NCBI GenBank assembly: GCA_903851045.1
Contig: CAINNF010000018.1
Coordinates: forward strand, 69,925-121,959
Direction of reading: 5' to 3'
Source of the DNA: Candidatus Adlerbacteria bacterium
GTDB lineage: Bacteria; Patescibacteriota; Minisyncoccia; Phycocordibacterales; SBAW01
DNA: 52,035 nucleotides
Made by a program: the position numbers and the translations under genes. The first letter of the stretch is position 1, and each line of letters starts with the position of its first letter. Shown here piece by piece: positions 29,279 through 38,911 of the stretch. Under the pieces are notes generated by a model. That model was given only the letters and a program-made list of their open reading frames with translations. It was not told where the DNA came from and searched no databases.

Positions 29279-30166
29279 CTATGTGTGAACGGTTGATGTG
29301 ACGGTCGAAGTCGCGGTCGAGGTTGCGGTCTTGGGAGCAGGTGCGGCCGACCTAAGCCGATAGTACAGTTTGTCGCCAAAGCGCAGATCGAGATACTCGA
29401 AATCAGTGAGCGGGTGCGCCGTGAACACATCCGACGCAAGCGCAAGTCCGAGACGATCGAACACGTCGCCACTGGCGGTGTCGAGCGCGAAGATGAGTCC
29501 GAAGGAATTTCCGAACGCGACATGTACGTCATGGTCGCTATCGACGACGATGCTCTGCGCGCGCGACCCAAGCTTTTGCTCCAACGCCCCGACCAGCGTC
29601 GTCAGCGAATGGAACTGCGAAGCTTCGAGAAACTGTTGCGGCAGGGCATCGCCCATGACGCTCCCATAGAATCTTTGGTACGCGTCACCCGAATAGACGA
29701 CCGCGGGCGCGTACACGATCCCGCCCTGGTCGACGAGAAAACAGCTGGAGGAGGTCGCGACCGACAGTCCACACCACAGCGCCACCGGCTGGCGCTCCAC
29801 GACCGTCACTCCCAGTGTGTTGAAATGCTCTGCATGCACATCGACACTTTGGAACATGGGGAATTGGGTGAGTAGTCGCTGTTTGATCGCATCTTTCGGA
29901 TACAAAAGGATATTGCTTCGCGCGAAGAGGTGGAGATAGCCACCGTAGAGCTGACTCTGTGCGGCACTCACGACATCCTGCGGCTGCACCGTCTTGGTGC
30001 CCACCACGTCGACAGAGTGGATGCGCAGGAACGGGAGCCAGGTACTACCCGCGATAGCCGCCCACGCCATGAGAGCGAGCGCGACACTGAGCGCGACCAG
30101 CAAGAAGCGACGCTTCCGGCGCCGCTCACGCAAATTCGACTTTGGTAGATCAACTCGCCGTGCCAT
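29279..30166 (-). CDS. cell division protein FtsQ/DivIB-like (POTRA)
   Basis: Basic N-tail, TM, I..V.V.G POTRA, V.V.ER.P.ALWC, EYLDLRFGDKLYY. Confidence 0.8.
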   Translation of the reverse strand: MARRVDLPKSNLRERRRKRRFLLVALSVALALMAWAAIAGSTWLPFLRIHSVDVVGTKTVQPQDVVSAAQSQLYGGYLHLFARSNILLYPKDAIKQRLLTQFPMFQSVDVHAEHFNTLGVTVVERQPVALWCGLSVATSSSCFLVDQGGIVYAPAVVYSGDAYQRFYGSVMGDALPQQFLEASQFHSLTTLVGALEQKLGSRAQSIVVDSDHDVHVAFGNSFGLIFALDTASGDVFDRLGLALASDVFTAHPLTDFEYLDLRFGDKLYYRLRSAAPAPKTATSTATSTVTSTVHT

Positions 30167-30175
30167 GTAGGCATT

Positions 30176-30856
30176 CTACCGCACACTTGTGCGAATGAAC
30201 GACACCGCGTGCGCAATGACCTGTGCTTCGTGCGCCGGGTCGCGGTACGAGTGGTCGGCACCTTCGATCGGTATCAATACGGAACCGGGTATACGTGCCT
30301 GAATCTTTTCTGAATTCGAAAATGGAATGGCTTGGTCGGCAGTGCCATGGATCAGACACACCGCACCATGATACGCCGCAAGATGTGCGTGGTCGAGTGT
30401 GATATCGAGGAGCGACAGGCGCAATTCGCGCAACTTCTGCGTGCGAAGCTTGGCGATAGTCCCACCCACTTCGGTCACCCCGATAGCCGGTGCCCACAGC
30501 ACCTTCGCCACCACCTTCGCGTTCGTATTCGCCAGCATCATCCCGCCACCAAAACTCTTCCCTACCGCAGCAATTTTCGCGTACCCCTGGCCAAGCAAAA
30601 ACTCGACCGCCAGGTCGATGTCTCGCTGAATGGCCTCAACGGTCATATCCACAACCTCTTCCTCGCTCTCCCAACTATGCAGTCGAGCGACTGCTATCCC
30701 ACCACCCACCAGCGCGTCCACAAGCGGTTGGTAGCGGTCCGAGAAAACCTTCCCACTGATCCCCGGCAAGACCAAAACAACGGTTTCAGTCGCCGAAGCC
30801 GGAACATCCAAAAGCACTTTGGCGGTCGTGTTGGGGATATCGTATGCGGTGCTCAT
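30176..30856 (-). CDS. alpha/beta fold hydrolase
   Basis: GKSFGG nucleophile elbow, IHGTAD, GADH; start moved to ATG 30856. Confidence 0.88.
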   Translation of the reverse strand: MSTAYDIPNTTAKVLLDVPASATETVVLVLPGISGKVFSDRYQPLVDALVGGGIAVARLHSWESEEEVVDMTVEAIQRDIDLAVEFLLGQGYAKIAAVGKSFGGGMMLANTNAKVVAKVLWAPAIGVTEVGGTIAKLRTQKLRELRLSLLDITLDHAHLAAYHGAVCLIHGTADQAIPFSNSEKIQARIPGSVLIPIEGADHSYRDPAHEAQVIAHAVSFIRTSVR

Positions 30857-30897
30857 GCTTTCTTGTATGTACACTGGACCACGACGAGATGAACTCG

Positions 30898-32202
30898 TTA
30901 CCTCTTCTCTATTCTTTCGCGCCCGCCCATGTATTTTCTTAAGACTTCGGGGATGGTGATACTGCCGTCTTCGTTTTGGTAGTTCTCGAGGATTGCTATG
31001 AGCGTGCGGCCCATGGCGAAGGCGGTGGCGTCGTTCATGTGAACTGGTTCTACCTCGCCGGTCGTACGCTTCACACGGGTGCCGAGTCGGCGCGCTTGGA
31101 AGCCGCCGACATAGTCGGAGCTGTGGGTCTCGCGGTAGGTGTCCTGACCTGGCATCCACGTCTCGATGTCGATCTGTCGCTGGTCGGGAAAGCCCATGTC
31201 GCCGGTGCAGATGAGCACCACTTGGTACGGCACTTTAATCTGCTGCATCAAATATTCTTGCACCGCGACTAGGAGCTCCTGCTCTTTGAGTCCATCTTCC
31301 GGCTTGGAGAACACCTCCATCTCGGCCTTGTCGAACTGGTGCTGGCGGAGTATCCCACGCGTATCCTTCCCTGCTGCGCCCGCCTCGCGACGAAACGCGG
31401 GTGTGGTCGCCACATAGCGGATCGGGAGCGACTCTTCGGGAACGATCTCGTCCATATGCAGCGGCCCCAGTGTATGCTCGGCCGAGCCGATAAAGACCAT
31501 ATCGTCCTTCTCGAAGTAGTAGCGCTCGTCTATCGGGTCTAGCCGCGCCATGCGGTTCATCACTTGCGCGCGCATCATGATGGGAGGGTTCACCGGGATG
31601 AACGGCTTCGGACTCACCGAAAGGTTGAACTGCTGAATTATCTTCTCGATCTCGCTTTGCGACGTAAGTGTGTTGAGCACGAGTTGCACGAGCGCGTTCT
31701 GGAGCAAGACAAGGTCGCCCTTCAGGTAGGTGAAGCGCGCGCCCGACACTTCGGCGGCCTTTTCGCTGTCGATGATGCCGAGGTCCTTGCCCAAGTCCCA
31801 GTGCGCCTTGGGCGTGAAAGTGAACTGTGGTTTGCCGCCGTTCTCGGAGCTAGGGTCCGGCCATTGGCGGATCACTTTGTTGCCTGACTCGTCAGGGCCA
31901 ACGGGAGTGTCGGCTGATGGGATGTTCGGGATCTTGATGAGGAGCGAAACGAGCTCCTTCTCGGCCACCTGGTACCGCTCTTCGGCCGCCTTCAACTCAT
32001 CCTTGAGCGTCTTGCCTGCTTCATAGTCGCGCGCATCTTGTGCAGCGTTGCGCTTGCGGTTGATGTCGCTCACGTCGCCCGCGAGCTTCTTGCGCTCGTC
32101 GGCAAGCTGGAGCACCCGGTCGAGGTCGACTTCGCGATTCTTATTTGTAATAGCGGCGCGGACGATGTCGGGGTTCTCCCGGATGAAAGTTACATCTAAC
32201 AT
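30898..32202 (-). CDS. serS: serine--tRNA ligase
   Basis: MLD..FIREN, IPNIP, SAEH, FRREAG, GILRQHQFDK, D.ETWMP, R.LIAILENYQ. Confidence 0.97.
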   Translation of the reverse strand: MLDVTFIRENPDIVRAAITNKNREVDLDRVLQLADERKKLAGDVSDINRKRNAAQDARDYEAGKTLKDELKAAEERYQVAEKELVSLLIKIPNIPSADTPVGPDESGNKVIRQWPDPSSENGGKPQFTFTPKAHWDLGKDLGIIDSEKAAEVSGARFTYLKGDLVLLQNALVQLVLNTLTSQSEIEKIIQQFNLSVSPKPFIPVNPPIMMRAQVMNRMARLDPIDERYYFEKDDMVFIGSAEHTLGPLHMDEIVPEESLPIRYVATTPAFRREAGAAGKDTRGILRQHQFDKAEMEVFSKPEDGLKEQELLVAVQEYLMQQIKVPYQVVLICTGDMGFPDQRQIDIETWMPGQDTYRETHSSDYVGGFQARRLGTRVKRTTGEVEPVHMNDATAFAMGRTLIAILENYQNEDGSITIPEVLRKYMGGRERIEKR

Positions 32203-32266
32203 ATAAAGGAAGGATACAACAAACCCGCTGGCGGCGAAAGGGCGCTCGGTGTAGGATATCGGCCAT

Positions 32267-33139
32267 ATGGATTTCCCGATCCATCCACTGTTGCCAAAGG
32301 ACTTCCCGCCACTTTTGCGCGAGATACCTGATGCCCCGACCCACCTCTCCATTCGTGGCACGTTGCCGGGGCCTGAGTATATCTATCTGTGCATCGTCGG
32401 CTCACGGCGCACGACACAGTACGGCTCCCGCACACTCTCGCAACTCATCGCGGGACTCGCGCGCTACCCTGTCGCGATAGTCTCGGGGCTCGCATGGGGC
32501 ACCGACGCCAACGCGCACAAAATCGCGCTCGAAGTCGGGCTGCCGACCGTGGCGGTGATGCCATCGGGGCTCAATGACGACGTGATGTATCCGACGATGA
32601 ACCGCCCACTCGCGAAACAAATTTTAAAATCCGGCGGCGCGCTCATTTCCGAAAACCCAGCGAACTTCAAAGCGATGCTGCATTCGTTCGCACAGCGCAA
32701 TCGGATCGCCGCAGGCATGTCGAAGACGGCGCTTATCGTCGAGGCGGGCGAGAAGTCCGGCACACTTATCACCGCGCGCTTAGCGCTCGACTACAACCGC
32801 GAAGTGTTGGTGGTGCCCCACGAACTCGGCCACGCAACCGGCCTCGGATGCAACACACTGATTCACGAAGGCGCCACGCTTGTTCGCAACTCGGATGATG
32901 TTCTGGAGGCGCTAGGATTCACGACCCCCTCGACAGGCTCGGGGCAAGCGACCCTCCCGATGGACTTAACAGATGCGGAGAGATCGATACTCGAAGCGCT
33001 TGAGCTCGAAGGGGCGATGATTCGCGACGAGCTCATAGAAATGGCCGAGCTTACCGCCCAAGAAGCCAGCATCGCCCTCTCCTCGCTCCAGATCCGCGGA
33101 CTGATCAACGAGCGATTAGGGAAGATAGAACGGATTTGA
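32267..33139 (+). CDS. dprA: DNA processing protein DprA
   Basis: IVGSR, IVSGLA.G.D..AH, F..RNRI, VEAGEKSGTLITA, C-terminal winged helix. Confidence 0.95.
   Translation: MDFPIHPLLPKDFPPLLREIPDAPTHLSIRGTLPGPEYIYLCIVGSRRTTQYGSRTLSQLIAGLARYPVAIVSGLAWGTDANAHKIALEVGLPTVAVMPSGLNDDVMYPTMNRPLAKQILKSGGALISENPANFKAMLHSFAQRNRIAAGMSKTALIVEAGEKSGTLITARLALDYNREVLVVPHELGHATGLGCNTLIHEGATLVRNSDDVLEALGFTTPSTGSGQATLPMDLTDAERSILEALELEGAMIRDELIEMAELTAQEASIALSSLQIRGLINERLGKIERI
32926..32947. repeat. REP-like mini-palindrome in dprA linker (encodes PSTGSGQ)
   Basis: CCCCTCGAC-agg-CTCGGGGCAA; near-identical CCCCTCGAC-ttcg-CTCGGGGCAA at 13795-13817 in rnpB. Confidence 0.65.
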
Positions 33140-33171
33140 AATATTGTTTTATCATTATACTATGATTCACG

Positions 33172-33606
33172 TTGCCGACAAGCAACAAAAACACTCTTTG
33201 GAGAAAGTTTGTCATGGGTACACGCAGGTCCGCACTGCAGATCCTCTTCGTTCTTCTGTTTCTCGGAGCTGGTGGCTGGTCTTTGCACCAACACTCTGGG
33301 AATGCCGCACCACCGAAGATGAGCGAGACAATTATCGATCCGGCACTGCTCGGAGACCCCACCTTCTTGGGGGATGAACAGTACCACCAGAGTCTCGAAG
33401 AACGAATCATCGCTCGTTCGCACGCAGCGACCGCCCTGCTCGAGGCATACCAAAAGGACAACGACGAGCGTTTTGGGAATGCGCTCGCCGTCCTCCTGGA
33501 GACAGCACCCTATCTGCTGCTGTATCCGCCGTCGGGCATGCCGACACCAGCGATGCGGCAGTTCGCAGAGGAACACCATATCGATCCATTGAGCGCGTGG
33601 CGCTAA
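33172..33606 (+). CDS. hypothetical membrane-anchored protein (start uncertain)
   Basis: N-terminal TM; hairpin AAGGCCCGCC/GGCGGGCCTT downstream. Confidence 0.55.
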   Translation: MPTSNKNTLWRKFVMGTRRSALQILFVLLFLGAGGWSLHQHSGNAAPPKMSETIIDPALLGDPTFLGDEQYHQSLEERIIARSHAATALLEAYQKDNDERFGNALAVLLETAPYLLLYPPSGMPTPAMRQFAEEHHIDPLSAWR

Positions 33607-33809
33607 AGCCACACCCACAAGGCCCGCCATGTCCACAAGACCTCCGGCGGGCCTTATCTTATACCACTCTCTTTTTCCCTCCGGATTAACGGGCTTATTA
33701 TAAGGTAGTTGGGACTTGAGAGTGCCCCCGATAGAACTTGACAAGTATAAATAAGTTCGATATAAACACAAAGGCTTAGTTAATAACATCCTTGAAAGGA
33801 CCACACGAA

Positions 33810-34145
33810 ATGACCTGCACTGTTATCGGCAACCCTGGTTTCTTTGGTTTGCTCTGGGGTCTTTGGGATGGTGTGACAGCACTCATCTCGCTCGTCGCCT
33901 CGATCTTCTGGGATGTCCGGGTGTACAACTACTGCGAACACGGGTGGTGGTACAATCTCGGATTCATCAGCGGTATCGCCCTTGGGATAGGTGTTGGGCT
34001 TAATGATGTCGACACCTTCATCATCGCGTTCCTTATCATTCTGGCAATCTACATAACACTCCTGCTGATCGGACCTTTTATGTGGGGCATCGGTATTGGG
34101 TTGGGGATTCTTGCTGTCTTTTTGGTGTACCAGCTCCTTAAGTAA
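33810..34145 (+). CDS. hypothetical membrane protein
   Basis: PGF..LLWGLWDG...GWWYNLGF; SD AAAGGA; TTGACA-N17-TATAAA at 33738-33766. Confidence 0.7.
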   Translation: MTCTVIGNPGFFGLLWGLWDGVTALISLVASIFWDVRVYNYCEHGWWYNLGFISGIALGIGVGLNDVDTFIIAFLIILAIYITLLLIGPFMWGIGIGLGILAVFLVYQLLK

Positions 34146-34264
34146 GGAGGCGTGTCACCTCTCGCCGCGTCGACCCTCTTGTGGGACGACGCGGCTTTTA
34201 CATTTGAGAAGATACGACCGTTTTCTCCTTTTTGTACGTAAAAAGTGTATACTCATATACATTC

Positions 34265-35452
34265 ATGGACACCCCAAGTATTTTCGTCGCGTTCGGAGTG
34301 ACTGGTGATCTCATGCGACTCAAGATCCTCCCGGCGTTGTATTCGCTCTACACCAAAGGCGAGTTACCGGACCGATTCGCTATACTCGGCGTGTCGCGAC
34401 GAGACTGGAGCAACGCCGACCTGCGTTCGCACGTCGCCGACGTGATCACCAAAGACGGCGAGGAGACCCCAGCCCTGCACGCATTCTTGCAATCACTTTT
34501 CTTCATCAAGGGAGATGCGCAGGAGGAAGAGTTGTATGGAAAACTGACCGAAACGTTCGGCGTTCTGGAAAGCACGTGGGGAGTCGAAGCTGACAAGATC
34601 CTCTACCTCTCGCTGTCACCCACACTCTATCGCGAAGCGTTCGAACACCTGCGACACGCCGCGTTCGCACAAAACACGAAACGAGTGCGCCTGATGATAG
34701 AAAAGCCGTTCGGTGTCAGTGGCAAGTCGGCCGAGAAGCTGCAGTCGATCCTTGGGAACACGTTCGAGGAGCGCGCGATCTATCGTGTCGACCACTATCT
34801 CGCGAAAGAAGCGCTCTCGAACATCCCCGCAGTGGACGGTTCGCTCGTGGCGGAGGTCCATTTGACCTTTTTCGAGACAGGCGGCGTCGAGAAGCGTGGA
34901 CAGTTCTTCGACGCGACAGGCTCGCTGCTCGACGTCGGGCAAAATCATCTGCTGAAAGTGCTCGCCCGCACCACGATGAAACACTCTCGCGTCGAGGCAC
35001 TGGAAGCCTTGCACGCCCTGTCACCGGACGAGGTGTCCAAGCACACCGTACGCGCGCAGTACGACGGCTACCGCGACATACCCGGCGTCGCACCCGACTC
35101 CAACACCGAAACCTACTTCAAGATCACCTCGACCATCGACACGCCCCGCTTCCCCAAGGTGCGCATTGTGCTCGAAGGCGGCAAGCGCATGCCTGAGCAA
35201 AAAAAAGAGATTCGTATCACCTTCAAAGACGGGCGCGTCATCACCCACCCGATCGGCGAGAACAAGGACCGGGGGGAGTATGAGATACTCATCCACGACT
35301 GCATGCACGGCAACCAAACACTCTTTGTGAGCAAACGCGAAGTGACCGCTCTCTGGAACTTCATCGACCCGATACTCGAGGGGTGGCAATCGGACGTAGT
35401 CCCAGTCACCCACTACGCACCAGGGACCTACCCTCTACCGATACACGCGTAG
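34265..35452 (+). CDS. zwf: glucose-6-phosphate 1-dehydrogenase (compact)
   Basis: FGVTGDL, IEKPFG, YRVDHYLAKE, DVGQNHLL, R.QY.GY, TETY, Y.PGT. Confidence 0.9.
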   Translation: MDTPSIFVAFGVTGDLMRLKILPALYSLYTKGELPDRFAILGVSRRDWSNADLRSHVADVITKDGEETPALHAFLQSLFFIKGDAQEEELYGKLTETFGVLESTWGVEADKILYLSLSPTLYREAFEHLRHAAFAQNTKRVRLMIEKPFGVSGKSAEKLQSILGNTFEERAIYRVDHYLAKEALSNIPAVDGSLVAEVHLTFFETGGVEKRGQFFDATGSLLDVGQNHLLKVLARTTMKHSRVEALEALHALSPDEVSKHTVRAQYDGYRDIPGVAPDSNTETYFKITSTIDTPRFPKVRIVLEGGKRMPEQKKEIRITFKDGRVITHPIGENKDRGEYEILIHDCMHGNQTLFVSKREVTALWNFIDPILEGWQSDVVPVTHYAPGTYPLPIHA

Positions 35453-35536
35453 CCAGTCCACCAAAGAAAAGAATTTTGACAATATTGCAAATCGTGATAT
35501 TGTTTTTATAGTTGCGCTCAAACATCGGGAGGATGT

Positions 35537-35662
35537 ATGTCTAGCACTAACCTTGTCTTGTTGCTCTTCCTTGTCTTCGTCGGTCTGATCGGTGGGTACC
35601 AGTGGCTCTTGCACAATCGGCCTCAGCCGTGGACACCACATTCGCAGCACGTGTACTCGTGA
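35537..35662 (+). CDS. small single-TM peptide (41 aa, not in ORF track)
   Basis: MSSTNLVLLLFLVFVGLIGGYQWLLHNRPQPWTPHSQHVYS*; SD GGGAGG; TTGACA-N16-TATTGT at 35476-35503. Confidence 0.55.
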   Translation: MSSTNLVLLLFLVFVGLIGGYQWLLHNRPQPWTPHSQHVYS

Positions 35663-35717
35663 CGACCCACTATCTGCCCGCCAAGCACGAACGCTTGGCG
35701 GGTCTTTCGTTATCAGA

Positions 35718-36806
35718 CTACTCCTTCCCCTCCAGGAGCGGCTTGTCGAGCACGGTGATGTCTATGTTGATGTCGGTCGAGGCGTCGATGCGCAGGACGT
35801 CCTTCTCGATCTTGCCCAGCTCCTTGGTACCCGCGTTGTAGTGGTTGACGGTCGTCGCGAGCGACGTGCCGAGCTTCTTGTAGAACTCTTGGTACGCGTT
35901 GATGTGTCGCCCCAACGCCTCGACATTCTTGGCGATGTCCTTGGCCTGTTCCTCGATCTTGAACGCCTTGAACCCGTAGAGCACCGACTGTAGGTACGCC
36001 GCGAAGGTCGTCGGCGACACGATGATCACCTTCTTCTCGTTCTGCGCGTAGTCCAGCAGGTTGCGTGTGTTGATAGCGCCGACACCATCGTTGAGCAGGT
36101 CATAGTAGATACCTTCGGCCGGGATATACATGAACGCGAACGGCAACGTACCATCCTTCGGGCGCACATACTTGCTCGTCTCGTCGATGCGCTTCTTGAG
36201 ATCCTTCTTGAACGCATCCTCGAACTCGGCGCGGCGGATATCGTCCTTCTCATCATGGAGCCGTGTGTAATTTTCGAGCGGGAACTTCGCGTCCACCGGG
36301 ATCACACCTTCCTTGGTGAAGATCGCCGCATCCACCGTCTCGCCGCCGGGGAATTCGTACTGCATCTTGTAGGCGGTCGGCGGGAGGATGTTGCCCATCA
36401 CCAGCTCCAGCGACGCCTCGCCGAGATTGCCGCGCTGTTTTTGATTCTTCAACACCTTCTCGAGGTTGCTGAGCTGCTCCGCGATCGTGAAGACCTGCTT
36501 CGTCGACTCCTTCGTTTCGGTCACACCCTTGGTCACCTCGACGAGCTGGAGCGACACCTGGGTCGTAATATCGTTCATCAACCGCTGCGACTGGTCAAAC
36601 TGCGTCTTCATCGACGAGAACATGCGCTCGTTGCCTTCGCCGAGCTTCACATCCACAGAGCGCGTCAACTCTTGGAGCTGATTCTGCAGCATCACCATCC
36701 CCTGCATGTCCGGCGGCGGCAGCTCGATGGTCTGCTTGCGCAACAGAAGGTACGCCACTAGTGCCAAGTTAGCGACCAATAACACCACGATGACAAGTTC
36801 AAACAT
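35718..36806 (-). CDS. rmuC: DNA recombination protein RmuC
   Basis: KQRGNLGE..LE, VDA.I, PVDAKFPLENY, FAFMYIPAEG.Y, VSPTT. Confidence 0.93.
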   Translation of the reverse strand: MFELVIVVLLVANLALVAYLLLRKQTIELPPPDMQGMVMLQNQLQELTRSVDVKLGEGNERMFSSMKTQFDQSQRLMNDITTQVSLQLVEVTKGVTETKESTKQVFTIAEQLSNLEKVLKNQKQRGNLGEASLELVMGNILPPTAYKMQYEFPGGETVDAAIFTKEGVIPVDAKFPLENYTRLHDEKDDIRRAEFEDAFKKDLKKRIDETSKYVRPKDGTLPFAFMYIPAEGIYYDLLNDGVGAINTRNLLDYAQNEKKVIIVSPTTFAAYLQSVLYGFKAFKIEEQAKDIAKNVEALGRHINAYQEFYKKLGTSLATTVNHYNAGTKELGKIEKDVLRIDASTDINIDITVLDKPLLEGKE

Positions 36807-36957
36807 CTCTGTAGTCTACCATTCCGTGGTACTGGGCAAAAACGGTTGACACATGCCATCTTTTCATGTAGTTTGTCGACGGAGAAAGTTCCCCTCTAGC
36901 TACCCCTCAATTTCCTCATCCATCACAAGGATGAGGTAACAACGAAAGGAGACGGCC

Positions 36958-37722
36958 ATGCGCCGTTTGATACCATCTGTATTACTGTCAGTGCTGCTAC
37001 TCCTCGCGGCGGCGCTCCAACCATCGAGGGCGAGTTCGCTCGCAAGCGATGATTCGGTACAATACAGTATTAACATCTCCGCATGGACTGGCTACGGCTA
37101 CACCGACATCCCGGGTCCTGTCACGACTATGCCCGTCGAGCAGACTAACATTATGGCAACTTGGGGTCATATGAACCTCTTTGCATGGAATTCGGTCGGG
37201 CTCGGAGGCGGACGCTACGGATACAGCGACGTACACCAACGCCGCGCTGACGAATGGGACTTTGGCGCGTCTTACACCGACATGTTCAAGACCCACCTCG
37301 GCGACGTCGTCTACGAAATTGGCACGAAGTATATCGCCCTGCCATATAGTAAGGGTGGTATATGGTCGTCGACGGACGATGCGCTCAACGCCTATGTCGA
37401 AGTTGGGCTTCGCGAAGCAGTGGCCGAAGGAATCACCGCAACGCCGTACGTAAAATTCTCCGGCTACTACCATCTCGACGGACGAACGCCCTTCGACCCC
37501 GTGATCGGCTACGGAGTAAAGTTCGTCGCAGACCTCGGCAATGGTTTCTCACTCAATGCCAACATCGGCGGAGCGAGCAATCCCGTTCGTCACGAAACTT
37601 TTGGCCGCTTCACCGCCAACATTGCCAAGAGCTTCGGCCGGTGGAGTGTCGATGTCGGCGCACAAGAGGTTACGTTCGCCGAGCATCCAGTGTATGGGGT
37701 AACGTTCAGCGGCCGTTTCTGA
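36958..37722 (+). CDS. exported protein with beta-barrel-like signature
   Basis: Signal peptide, alternating aromatic/Gly beta strands, ends YGVTFSGRF; SD GAAAGGAG; TTGACA-N17-TAGTTT at 36846-36874. Confidence 0.7.
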   Translation: MRRLIPSVLLSVLLLLAAALQPSRASSLASDDSVQYSINISAWTGYGYTDIPGPVTTMPVEQTNIMATWGHMNLFAWNSVGLGGGRYGYSDVHQRRADEWDFGASYTDMFKTHLGDVVYEIGTKYIALPYSKGGIWSSTDDALNAYVEVGLREAVAEGITATPYVKFSGYYHLDGRTPFDPVIGYGVKFVADLGNGFSLNANIGGASNPVRHETFGRFTANIAKSFGRWSVDVGAQEVTFAEHPVYGVTFSGRF

Positions 37723-37746
37723 CCTGACACAGGAAAGGAGATTCCC

Positions 37747-38328
37747 ATGGAACCAACCATGGCGCTTGGTATCGCTGCCGGGGTGCTACAGCTCGCGGCA
37801 TTCTACTTCTATAACCGACGCATTTTCGCCGGGGAGATAGTACCGACGACGGCAACGTGGACGCTCTGGGCATTCTTGACGGTACTCAATGCATCGAGCT
37901 ACGCGGAGATGACCGTCGATGTGGCGAAATACATTCTGCCCACCGCAAGCGCAGCCGCCACCCTTGCCACATTCGCTTACTCCCTGCGTGCGGGAAAATT
38001 TGGACGAATGGACTTGTGGGGCAAACGGGCGCTGGCACTCGGTATCGCGGCAGGCTGCGCGTGGTGGTGGTACAAGAGCGCCGCCTACGCCAACATCATC
38101 CTCGTGGTCGCGATTGCCATCTCGTTCATCCCGCTCTACGAGGTGGTATGGAGAAATCCAGCGATCGAGAAGCCGCTCCCGTGGTTCGTGTGGACTGCAG
38201 CGTTCGGCACTCTCACTCTTGTCAACGTGCTCCGCTGGCAGGGTGACTGGATGCCGTTGGTCTACCCTGTCAGCATGGTCGTTCTGCATGCTGCCGCAGG
38301 AGTGCTCGCGTGCCGCAGACTCACGTAA
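37747..38328 (+). CDS. hypothetical 6-7 TM protein (duplicated P..W..W halves, PQ-loop-like)
   Basis: PTTATWTLW and EKPLPWFVW halves; SD GAAAGGAG; terminator after it. Confidence 0.75.
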   Translation: MEPTMALGIAAGVLQLAAFYFYNRRIFAGEIVPTTATWTLWAFLTVLNASSYAEMTVDVAKYILPTASAAATLATFAYSLRAGKFGRMDLWGKRALALGIAAGCAWWWYKSAAYANIILVVAIAISFIPLYEVVWRNPAIEKPLPWFVWTAAFGTLTLVNVLRWQGDWMPLVYPVSMVVLHAAAGVLACRRLT

Positions 38329-38371
38329 ATCGGGTCCCGTGGACATAAAACCCACGTGCCCACGACGAAAC

Positions 38372-38400
38372 ACCCGCAGCTTCATTGCTGCGGGTTTTTT
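38372..38400 (+). terminator. intrinsic terminator
   Basis: ACCCGCAGC-ttcatt-GCTGCGGGT-TTTTT. Confidence 0.8.
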
Positions 38401-38440
38401 ATATGGTGGCAAAAAATGTGTTCTTTGTTAGAATGAGCCT

Positions 38441-38893
38441 ATGAAACAAACCGATCTACGTGAGGCGATGAAGGACGCTATGCGTGCCAAGGATGCTGTG
38501 CGGCTGTCCGTCATTCGCGGTATCTTGACCGCTGTTACCAACGAGCTCGTCGCCAAGGGTGGCAAACCGACCGACGAGTTGTCCGAAGAGGACATCACCG
38601 CCATCATCCGCCGCGCCAGCAAGCAGCGAAAGGATTCGATCGAGCAGTTCGAAAAGGGTGGACGTGCTGACCTCGCCGAAGGCGAGAAGGCCGAACTCGC
38701 GATCATCGAGTCGATGCTCCCCGCCCTCATGTCCGAGACGGACGTGCGCGCCGCAGCGACCGCCAAAGCAGCGGAGCTTGGCATCACCGACAAAGAAAAA
38801 GCCAACCAGCTCATGGGTGCGCTCATGAAGGACCTCAAAGGCAAGGCCGACGGCACCGTCGTCAAAGCGGTCGTCGACTCGATGTTCGCATAG
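38441..38893 (+). CDS. GatB/YqeY domain protein
   Basis: MKDAMRAKD..RLSVIR, KQRKDSIEQF..GGR.DLAE.EKAE, LKGKADG. Confidence 0.93.
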   Translation: MKQTDLREAMKDAMRAKDAVRLSVIRGILTAVTNELVAKGGKPTDELSEEDITAIIRRASKQRKDSIEQFEKGGRADLAEGEKAELAIIESMLPALMSETDVRAAATAKAAELGITDKEKANQLMGALMKDLKGKADGTVVKAVVDSMFA

Positions 38894-38911
38894 TCGCCGC
38901 CACAGCACGCA

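Noticed and set aside
31831-31866. Short extra peptide PDPSSEN in SerS as another palindromic insertion
   Set aside because: Only about 4 bp of pairing and weak similarity to the other repeats; the region is naturally variable.
36881-36912. CTAGCTACCCCTC resembles a preQ1-I riboswitch loop
   Set aside because: No proper P1 stem and no A-rich 3' tail.
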